Assembly: GCA_050575255.1 (NCBI GenBank)
Contig: JBNZDD010013678.1
Location: 2,903,461 to 2,967,460, forward strand
Reading direction: 5' to 3'
Source of the DNA: Harriotta raleighana
Lineage: Eukaryota
DNA: 64,000 nucleotides
The notes under the pieces were generated by a model. The model was not told the origin of the DNA, ran no database searches, and saw only the letters and a program-made list of their open reading frames with translations. Position numbers and translations under genes: made by a program. Position 1 is the stretch's first letter. Each line of letters begins with the position of its first letter. Below are positions 23,801 through 35,800 of the stretch, in pieces.

Positions 23801-26800
23801 CCGGGTGGAGCAGGCAGTCCGCCTAAAGAGGCATCGCACTCACCGAAAGTTAATATATATTTTTTAAATTGCTCAAACGTGCATGCGCACTTATTAACCA
23901 TGACGTCAGAACCTCTTATTCTTAGTTTCGGATGTAAAAGATCTGAATGAAGGAAGAGGAGTATTTGTGCTCTAACCTCTGGTGCAATTATTTAATCTAC
24001 AGAATGGGAATCACTCCACCTACCTTACTACACCTTTCGTGTTCTTCAGGACACTGGCTGCGAAACTTTGAGTAACACCAACCAAACTAATACCATCTAC
24101 TTCAACTATCTGATCGTTTACTTGGATTCTGCAATTTAAACAATGAGTTATAATTAAATTCTGAAATGCAAAACATTTTGATTTGTACATAAACTGTGCA
24201 TAGTCTAATATTGTCAGCAATCTATTTTCTACAACAACAACAAAATTACATTTGTAGAGTGCTTTTCACATCAGGAGGACGTCCCAAGGCGCTGAACAGT
24301 GAGGGATCAGGACCTAAGCATAGAGTATGGTTAGGGAGGGCAAAGGCAGGACTGAATGTACGGTCAAAGAGGAGGGTCTTGAGAGTGGTATTGAAGGAGG
24401 CAAGAGAGGAAGGACGGGTGAAGGGATTGTGGAATGGGGCTCCAAAGTATATTTCTAGCAAAAATAAACAGCATTTTTTTGTTCTTCAACAACTGTTTAG
24501 AGAAGTATACAAAATTGCTGTATATTTAATCTTGGACCTTACAGTAATCAAGCACACTTGTACAGTATTTTTCAAAATTTTGTTTCATTTATAAACTAGA
24601 TAACATAATATACTCTTAGTTTCTAATTTGATAGCTAACATTTACATCAAATGCACAACACATGCATTGATTTTAACATATCTTCCTAGGCACATAACAG
24701 TAGAATGCAGCTTATTTACAGGCCGGATAAACACTTAAGTGCAGCAGGATACAGATGCAAATTAAAAGTTGGCATAAATATTTGGTTGCAAGAGAGAAAC
24801 ACACAGGCAGACAAAATTGTTTTCATAAAACTATTTATTTTGAAAAGGCCTGTTGCATAACAAATAGATACTGCACTGAGTCTTACCGTTCATCCTTATG
24901 AGCAGCTCCACCTTCAGTAATAGTTTTCACAAAAATCCCCAATTTTTCAAGGCCCTGATCGGCTCCAACACCCATTCCAATGATGCTAATTCCAAGACCC
25001 CCTTCACCTAAATTTATGAACATAAAGCTGTTGTAAACCAATTGTCACAAACCAATAATTGCTTTATATACCACTCCAAACAATTATACTTGGATTGATA
25101 AACATGTCTGAGGTTGGATGTTTACTTTAATTTCTTAAATATTCAGGCTCAAACATTATCTACTCTTTGAACTTTTCTTCTTCACTTTAGTTTATTTTTA
25201 ATTTAAAGTTTAACTTCAACATTGTTGTTTATGTTTAGAATACTGCATACAGAGTTTTCAACATTTTCACAATAGAAACATAGAAATGTTCTGCACTAAA
25301 GCGGGCTCTTTTCTACCGGCTGTGTCACTATTTTTCTGAATTGATATTTGGATTATTCTCACTTTCCAGCTCTCTAAACATTTACCTCAATGATTTTGCT
25401 GTTCAGGTGCTTAACCAGTTCCTTTTTGAATGATCCTTTTGATCCAGACATAACAGCCACTTGTGATAATTAATTCTAGAGTACTGTATAACAATCCCCA
25501 GAAAATAGATCCTAAATGTATGCACTGCATACTTTAAAAGCACTAAAAAAAAACTGTTGCAACCACATTTTTTTAGTGCACTTTAATCTCACCATGCAAA
25601 GGAACAATATCTTAGCCTCTTCCACTCCGCTCCCAGGCACCCCCCCACCTCCGAAACATGGAAATTAATCTAGATTCAAAGAAAATGGTGTAAAAATCAA
25701 CCAATTAAATTGCTCACCCTTTTCAATTTCAACAGGAAAAACATCCATTTTCTCCACTCTTTTCTCCAATTCGTATTCGGCTGATGCTGCCACGGGATCC
25801 ACTTCCTCATTACGCCGGTCATAGTCATCATCAGAGTAGGTACAGTAAACCTAAAACAGATCATGTAACAGCATTGCAAAAATAATTCCACAGCAAATAA
25901 ACTTAACATTTCTCAGAACCTTATCCTCAATTATTGCAATTCGTCAACTAAAATGTGTTCATCTATACTTACAAATTTCAAAAAATGACAACTAAAATAA
26001 AGACAGTGTAACAGAATTGGTCATTTGCTTCATGGGTATTTATGCAATATTGTTGTGAATAAATTGGCCTACATATACACGAAATGGACTAATTAGTAAA
26101 ATCCTGTGAAATGCTTTGAGAAGTCTCAACAACATAATACGCTATATCAAATGCATTGATTATATTGATGATTATTATTAAGTCACAAGTTGAAACACCA
26201 TTCCTGTACTGTGCAAACTCCACCCCGAGACAAAATTTAGTGAGTGCTGTAAATGGGTAAAGGACAAACCAGTAGCTTTGGGTTCTATAGTTCATAGTCT
26301 AACATGATAAACATTGATGCATCTGCAGTTTAAATACTTTTGACTAACACTACCATGGTTGGTAGTTCATTACATTACATTTCTCTTCAATAAATAAGCC
26401 CTTGCTACTTAAGAATTTGCTGCACTATAACATGGTCCCTCTGGCTTCTCAACAATTTTTTCCATTGTATGGGCCAGACAATTAGAGACTCAGCTTTGTG
26501 CTGCTGGGTGGAAAGGTTTTGATTCCTGAGGGTAAATTAGGTATTATATATCTCACTTACTAAAACTTAAATGCACCAAAGCACTATTTTGTCAACATGA
26601 ATATTTTCTTTCAAAGTGTTTAATATTCAACCAATGATTCTTTTATCTGATGTATCAGTAAAATAGTTCAACAATACAAGAATGTATCTTGCATAAAACA
26701 TTTAATGCCAAGAAGATATTTCAAAGTACTACTTCACATGATAATACATTAAAGTACAATGACTGTACATTGTAGGCAAAGATGGCAGACAATTTTGCTA

Positions 26801-29800
26801 GCAGCGATGTCCCACAAACAGTCATGAATTGAATGATCAACTTAAATTGTTAAGTTTAAGACCATAAATTAAAAACATTAAAAATATTTGAGAAGTCACC
26901 TGGTCTTCAATTAGCATCTCCAAATAATGACTTAACAGATCTGAATTCAGTATGCAGCAACAAATCTGCACATTGTACTGTACTATATGCTGGTTCTCCG
27001 AGAAGCTGTGCAACCAGTATGCAACACACTGTGCAACAAACTGTCAAATTAACTGTAAACATGGTGACAAGATCGGTATTACAATGTTTTCTTTCCATTA
27101 TTTCTTACATTATTTTGACACCAATTAACAGTGACCATGATTTAATTGGGGTTTTATCAGGAATAGTAGATTTAAAGTGCATATTTGAAAAATATATTTA
27201 ATTACAAAATAATAGTTAATATTCAAAAACATAATTGCAGACATCACTTCCTGCATGCCAGTTGGCTTTCTCATGCAGAGTGAATACAGAAGCTTTGATC
27301 AGTCATAAACCCTGGTGGGATTTTCTGAACTAAAAATATTGTGTTATAATGAAGCTCTATTCTAGTTTTACATACAGAATAACACTAATGGCATGGTTGA
27401 ATATAAATTTACTGCATATACACACAATATATATTACATATAAACAAAAGATATAAATATGTATGTACACACAGACACAAATTTGAGACAAAGCTATCAA
27501 TAGTAACACTAATTCAAGACATTTATGTTTGCGCAATAATAAAATTTTGAATGCTGTTGATTATTGATTACTTTGCATAAGTTCAAATCCACAAAAAAAT
27601 AAGTATTAGNATGGTATCAATACACATTATTGATTACTTTGCATAAGTTCAAATCCACAAAAAAATAAGTATTAGTAGTCTTTTACCCTATCCTACCATA
27701 ACAAAAACAAGAGGACCACCTTCAATAAACAGAACAGTGACTGAAGTGAGAGTTTGGATAGATGAGAGTCCCAGGAATTAGTTTATACTGCACTGAATAT
27801 ACAGTATTTGTTCTGCTCCAATGACGCAAATTTAACATGTTTGATTTTTACTCCAAACTGACTTCAGCAATGTGTGCATAAGGATCATAACTCCTTTTCA
27901 TCACATACAATCTTGCTTTGTGGTTACTCGTTGTTATGAAAACATTAAAATTAAATTTCCTTTAAACAAGTTTAGTAAATCTACAAATCTACTACGGATT
28001 GATGCTTATTCTTCTCTCAAACGCCAAGATAATGCAATGGTCTAATACAATCTTTTTTTATCAACCAGAATCCTAATTATTCAAAGTCTCAGATTCAGGG
28101 ACTAGTAGAACATTATGTAAAAGCAGAATATAAAAGTAAAGGCTATACACTTTTTATTTAACAGCAATAACTGCACCCTCCAAAATCATCATCTGCCTTT
28201 ATGTTCTATAGTAAAATATTTACTGTGAGGTTGTATAATTAACATTTCTAAGCAGTAATCATATTGTACAATGTATAGTACTGTATATCCTTTCTACATT
28301 TCAATATTGGTATCCATTACCAAACTTCTATTTCTCTACTAAGCACATTCAGCAGCTCCTTTGTTGCCAATAAAGTTACTAAATAGGAACTACTATATTT
28401 ACATTAAAATGAAACTACAGTCCTGTACAATAAAACCTCGTTTATCCGGCACCCACAGGATCTGGCCAGTGGCAGTTAAACCATTTTTCCGGTTGATTAT
28501 ATTATAACACATTATAACACATACCATATTAATAATGGACTAAATAATAACAGAATATTTTATTAGTACATTATTATTTATACTTAACTTCCCAATTGCA
28601 GAAGCGATTCAACGGGAGGTAAAAAACACGACTTTAAAAGCAACGAATTTCATTAGACCTAACAGCCAGTACACACACAGACACACACACACAGACAGAC
28701 ACAGACCCTCAAAGATATTCAGCCTGAATCCATCATATAAATTATGTCCACAATCCTCACCGCTCGCCCCCCCACCCCCGTACCTTTCCTCTCTCGCTGC
28801 ATCAACCTGCCTGCCATTTCTCTCTCTCTCACTCCATTATGCTTTCCCCCATCTCTCTTTCCCTTTCCCCATCTCTCATTCCTCCCCTCTCTCTTTCTCT
28901 GTCTCTCCATTCCCCACCCCCTCTCCATTTCTTCCATCCCCCATCCCTTTCCTCTCTCTCCCTCCCCCCCTCTCTCTCTCTGCATCAACCTGCCTGCCAT
29001 TTCTCTCTCTCTCTCACTCCATTATGCCTTCCCCTATCTCTCTCTCTTCCCCTCTTTCATTCCCCCCCACTCTCTCTTTCTCTGTCTCTCCATTCCCCCC
29101 ACCCACTCCCTCTCTGTTTCCCCCCCCACCCCTCTCCCTCCCTCCCTCTCTCTTTGGCCGCTACCTGCAGCAGTATTTATGTATACAGTACTTAACTTCC
29201 CAACGACGGGCACATCTGAACGAAGTAAAAAAAAACGACTTTTAAAAGGACCCGGAACGAGTTTAGATCCGACATTCAACATGTCTCCGGATAACTTCCG
29301 GTTAATCGGATCTGGACTTTTTTTTTTGAGATGACGGTTGAACAGGTTTTCCGATTATTCGAGTCACAGATAAACAAGGTTTTACTGTATTGGTTTCAAA
29401 TCACAACTAATCTCACTAAAAAATTGAATAAAGCAGTAAAAATAACTGCTGACTCTAGCCAACGGAAATTTGCATTAGGATGATCAACATGAACATTTTT
29501 TCAGTTTTCTATGGGATATGAAAAGTAAGCACATGGGTCAGTAATTTAAACCCACTGCCACATGATCTGAATTTATGAAGACATGTATCCTTGGTGATCA
29601 GAATCAATTTGGGAAATTCTTTGCTCGCATTACAGTAAATGTGCAAACCATCTAATATCAATAATGGATTTTTTTAATCATTAAAATACAACTCCATTTA
29701 ACTGAAATGTAGTAATTTGACTATATTGAAGTAGGATTTCTCTGTAAACCAAGGTTTGGAATTTTCCTCAATAGGACCAACATATTACATACCACCAAGT

Positions 29801-32800
29801 GTAGTATGAATAAACCAGCCCTAGAACAGTAAGCCTATTGTAATGAACAGACAGCTGTATTAGAACCAAATACAGGACAAGGCCAAAACTGCTCTTTCTC
29901 TCTCTCTCATCTATTTCTATCCCGGAGGCCGAAAGCCTAGAGGTTAACGAGTCTTGCCTTTGCAAGAGAGAGAATCCGGGTTTGTTTCCCGGGTGGGGCA
30001 CAACTTTACTCAAATTTCTTTACTCTACGTTTCTCTGTTTACTTAGCAGTAAGTAGAAACCCGGTTGTTAAGTCAATCGGTAGATTGCTTTTGCACAGTT
30101 TGTGGGACACTGCTGTGCACAAATGGCTGCCATGTTTTGCCCATAAAATACACTCAATCCATTTTACAGAATGTTTTGTGAAGTTCTTTGAGATTCTTAA
30201 TGACATGATAAAACTCTTCATCATGTGCAAGTATTATTATTAAACACATTAATAGAGAATTCATGTGTGCTTTTTGTAGTTTGGACTGATTTTTTTTAAA
30301 CAGACACAAAACAATAATATTGTATTCGAAAAATGTCAGATTTACATTTACAAAACAAAGGTTCATCTATCTTGCACAGATAGGGGGGAAAGGAAGGAAA
30401 GCTGATCAATCGCTTCTCCAGATGGCCATGTATGTTATTTTTATTGAAAAATTAGGTGAGTGATTCACAGACGTTTTCAGACAGTCTTGGCAAGGGAACT
30501 CATAATGCAGAAAAAGGAAATTAGAAATAGTTAGATGACAGCAAAACTGCATTTCAAAGTCAGAAAATTGTAGCAGGAAGGAAAGCTTCAATGAAACGAG
30601 TGTTAAAATTTTGATAACTAGGAACAGAGATACACGAGGAGAAGGTGCATTAAATTTTGATTACAGTATATCAAGGGAAAAGGAAGGAAAAAAAATGTGT
30701 AGGATAATATATTTTGAACTCGATAAAAGGTTTAATGAAGTACAGTACAGTACCAATCTTACCTGTATAAAAAAAATTGCAAAACTAATACATGAACCAT
30801 TAGAAATGAAGAAAAATGAAACAAAAGATTCACTGAAATTTTGAGAGCGCTTTGGCAAGTGGCCGGAAAGAACATCTGCTGTAGTTGATGATCTTTTTCA
30901 ATAAAGTTATGTTCAGCTGCTCTGATTGTGGACCCACAACAGAATACAAGCAGACATAAAACTGAGCCAAGATGAGTAATCTATTAGATGTAGCAGAGTT
31001 TTTATAGCAAAAGAATATCACATTGGATTAAAATATAGTGTTTAATTTAATGGATAAAAGTTAATGAGTTATGAAACCTTCCACAACAGTTAAGATCGAC
31101 ACAGCCAGCGAACGTGTAACGTCCAATAAGTCAATAACAACAAAATTATATTTATAGAGCGCCTTTCAACTGGGTATAGTGTAGTTTGTTGGGAGGATAT
31201 TTTATCATATGCCAGAACCATCTACCTACAGTAAATTGCTATCTTGGGGGAAAGAAAAATATTGAAATTTGAAAAAACGTTCTTTAACACAACGTGTTTA
31301 GGCTCCTGCCCCAGGGTTATTGTAATAATAATCTTTGCATTTGGTATGGCGCCTTATTAGATCTTCCAAGACACTTCAAAGCGCTTCTCAGGCTATACTC
31401 TGAAGTGAACGACTGTATATTTTGTGTGGGAAATGCAGTAGCCACTGTCCCACATTCAGTGCTAGATTCAGTGACCAAATTATACAAGATGTTTCTCTGA
31501 TATTTAACCCTAGAGTACTTCACACATCTGTTGCCTTTGGCCCTGGGGAAACAACACAGAACTGATCCACTCTTTGCACTTCCTCCTCCCAAGGCATCCA
31601 GGCTTCCCATCAATGCACCAGATAAGTGTTTAAATACAACAACAACATAACATTTGTATAGCACCTTTTGTGAGGACGTCCCAAATACGGAGGCAAAAGG
31701 CATATTGTACATAGTATGATGTATATAATAATCCTCCATTACCTTGAACATTACTGTAAAATACCACAAATCACAGAACACAAGTGTGGGAGCTTTGGTT
31801 GCCTTCAGAAAAAGTCCTTTCAGCATTCTTAAAAGAATGAATCCTAACATTACCACGGAAACTTGCATTTTAATAATACCATTTCTATCGAAATTCAGTA
31901 GGTGTAACAATTTGTAATGAAAATAGTTTGATATGCTAAAAGGAAGAACAATTATGTTGTATGTGAGAAAAAAAATCCCTTATAGATGAAAAACAGCAAT
32001 TGATGGAAGTAAACCAAAGCTACAATTTACTCTTTTTAAATTATCCAAAATAATTACTATAGCATAACAAGGCCTTAATTTTGTGTTGGTTTCTAATGTG
32101 TGCAGTAACAGATACTTAAAAGTCCGCCAATGCACTAAAGTGCAAAAATAATAGATATCTATGACCTACCTAAGAGTCGACATCTGCATTTATCAAATGC
32201 AATCTATATAAACCAGCAGCATTTGGTCATTTGGTCATGGACTAAATGCCAGAAGACTGTGCTCCCAACACACGTTATTTTATGAAACATCCTACCTCTG
32301 CTGGAATGGCAACGGTGGTAACGGTGCTGACAATTCGGGAAGGGATGCCAGAAACAGAATCTCTAATTCATTGACCTTTTCAATACCTTTATTAGCAGCA
32401 CAAACACAATGTAACTATTATCCACATTGTAGTTTTTTTTCCTATTACAGTAAAAACCCGATTATCCATGACTCGATGAACCAGAACTTCCGTATAACTG
32501 GCATGTCAAAAAAAAGTCCCCATCCGATTAACCGGATGTTATCCGGCACATAGTGGTGGCGCATTTAATGAATCGATTATCGTACGAGAGTACTGTACAG
32601 CTATTTCAGCTTGCCACTAGTAGAGCCTACCTTTTTTTAAAGTCGCGCTGCCATTTGTTTTCCTCCAGTGGCGGCTACCATTGCAGAAGTTAAGTATCAA
32701 TAATAAAGTACTAATACCATATTCTGTTATTACGGTACATGTTATTACTGTATTCAGTCTATTATTTATATGGTACAGTGTACAACATTTACAATAAAGT

Positions 32801-35800
32801 AACCATACAATATTCTGTTATTAATTGTTATTATTTAGTCTATTATTACTATGGCATGTGTTAAAATAAGTTTTTTTTGTGTTGGGTTTTCAGCATCGCA
32901 TCTGACCGTTTAAACCGGCAAGCCGTTTAACCGGATAAACCAGCTTTTACTGTACCACTCTTGCAAAGCTGAGAGTGCTTCAGGCTGAAGCATCTCTTAC
33001 ATGACAACTATATTCAAATAACCTGTTGCTGAGGTTCCTAATTATACAACTGCAAGATTCTTTGGTTTGGAATTGAATTGGTTTGCAGAATGAGTACTGT
33101 ATTCAGAACAAAATATATATTGTGTGTAATATCCTAAGGGGTGTATTTGGTCCATCAATAGTTCCATAAGAGAGAAAAGCCCTTTGGCTAATTTTACTAA
33201 AATATGAAACATTTTATAATTGTGACTTGCATTTATATCATATCTCATGTAAAATAAACAACCAGAATTGTACTGCTTACTCTGCAAGAAAACCCGTTCA
33301 GCCGCTATCTCAAAAAAAAAGTCCCGATTCGATTAACTGGAAGTTATTCAGCAGAATAGTGAAGATGCATTTAATGAATGAATTGTCGCACAAGAGGACT
33401 GTGCAGTTATATCGGCGGCCACTAGTCTAGCCTAAAGTGGTGATACTACCATTTATTTATTTTTTAAAGTGCTGATTCCTGCTTTTTTCCTCCTTTGGCA
33501 GCCATTGTAGAAGTTAAGTGTAAATAATAAAGTACTAATACAATATTCTGTTATTATAGTATCTGTTATTAGTGTATTTAGTCCATTATTTATATAGTAT
33601 TGTTCAACATTTACATGTGAATGTGTGTGTGTACTCTCACTCTCTGCACGTCCAGCCTATTCAATCAATTCAAAATATCTTCCAAGAAGGCTTCACAGTA
33701 ATCAACCGTGCCTTCCCCTCGCTGAGGGTTAGCAACATGCGGACAGCAGCTTCCTGTGTTTCCACAGGGTGGGAGTTGGTAATCTGTTATTACTCTGTTA
33801 AAATAATTTTTAATTAATAACATTTATTTTTTTCTATTTTTTTTAACCGTTTAACTGGGAAACTCTTTTAACCGCCACTCGCCAGGTCCCATGGGTGCCA
33901 AATAAAGAGGGTTTTACTGCAAATGTGGGAAGCAGGATTTGAAAAGAGTAGTTATTTGGGATAAGTAAATAACTGTTTTTAAAATGATAAACAATTCATC
34001 TTTATCTGCTAAATGGATACCAGACCTTAAAATAAACAAAACATTAGGGCAATTTGTATTTTCAGCTGCTTAGTAGAAATAAAGTGAGAAAATATTTGGC
34101 ATAAATGAGTATCAAGTGCTGTCGGCCTATTCATCCGATGTTATAAAGCACTGATCTAAACCAATAGACCATTCACATAATATTGTCAGCAGCCCGCATT
34201 GCTCACTCTGTAGTTTGAGCAGTGGTTTCAGACATCAGGGCACAATTTCAGGAGTGATATCCAATCCTGATTATAGTTATTAACTAACTTAATACTGAAA
34301 AGAATGAATTACAATCATTTCAAGATAAAGCATTATATATTCCTCCCAATGACATCCTCCCGACATGAAAAGTGCTATGTATATATAATTTTGTTGTTAT
34401 TGATAATACGGGTGCTGAGGAATTTGTCCAATTTATGTTACGTGGCAGATTTGTCAGTATTGGAACTTCCAACTACAGTATAATCACCATTGAATTACTG
34501 AGAGAGTCCAAGATAATGACATGGTCACTGGAGATTACAATCAATGCATGAAAAAAATATTTTCAAGAAAAAAGCATAACTTGGACAACAGCCAACACAA
34601 AAATTCAATAAATCAATCCAAGTTAAAAGTATTAGAGGTGAATAACAACAACAACAAAATTACACTTGTATAGCTCCTTTCACGTCAGGACGTCGTCCCA
34701 AGGTACTGACTGGACAGTCATTGTTTCAGACCTGAGCTGCAGTCGGGGACCGGGAGGGTGGAGAGAAAGGGGGGCGATTGGGGTGAGCGATGGGACCAGC
34801 AAACAGAAGGGTCTTGTGGTGGGACTTGAAGGAGGCCAGGGTGGGGACGAGGCGGAGGGAGTTCCAGAGGTTGGGGGCAGAATGGCTGAAGGCTTATCTA
34901 ATGGTACATACTAACTGATGATGGGCACAGTGGGTCAGGGGACATGGAGCAGGCTGGAGCCTGCTGAGCAGAGGTGGGCATTTAATATAAAAATGGAACA
35001 GGATTGGCAGAGCACGAGTGTTGTCTAACAGAAGATAATAAGTATTAATAATTATAATTATTGCATTTGATATAGCACTTTTCATGTCTTCTGATGTCTC
35101 AAATCTCTTCACAGAATATACTATAAATTGACTATATATTTGTGGGTGAAAAATGCCAGCCAATTGTCCACAGCAGTGTCCCACAAACAGTCATGGATTG
35201 AAAATGACCAATTGATTATTATTTTTTTTGGGGGAGGGATTATTAGCAGGCGTGTGGAGTAAGGAAACTTGCCCAAAGTTTCGCCCTGCCTGGAATTGAG
35301 CCCAGGTCTCTCACTTATAAGGCGAGTGTTCTACTCGCTGGGCTATAGGACTCAATAAAATATAGATTTTTTAATAATAAGTCTATAGAGAATACATTGA
35401 ATTGCTAAATTATTTGAATGAGAATGAATACTGTATGTAAATTAGTAACTAACTATTTGAGCATATATAGTAAATTGTGGGAAGTAGTATCAACTTTTGA
35501 TACAATATAATAAAATAATCGTTTTGACGGAAGGAAAACTAAAGCAGCTTATCACTTTCTTAAATTTGAGCTTCAAACAAGTTTAAAAAGGAGCATTAAT
35601 TTTAATTTTTTACACTTTCAGTTTCTTAAGATTTTTATTTTATAATAATCTTTGGATTTGATATAGCGCTTCACAGAATATACTGTAAAGTGAATATACT
35701 TTAAACTGCGGCAGTCACTGTCCCCTCCAAACAGTCATACATTGAAGTGAACAATTTTATTATAATTTTTTTCTTGAGAGATTATTATCAGGTGGGTGGA

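Noticed and set aside
25538-25585. Hairpin GCACTAAAAAAA...TTTTTTTAGTGC
   Set aside because: The stem is mostly homopolymer; too weak to call a pre-miRNA or MITE.
28719-29334. Several overlapping Leu/Ser/Pro-rich ORFs up to 196 aa
   Set aside because: Produced by CT-rich low-complexity repeat inside a MITE.
31317-31910. 197-aa minus-strand ORF
   Set aside because: Runs through SINE and L2 tail fragments; no recognisable domain.
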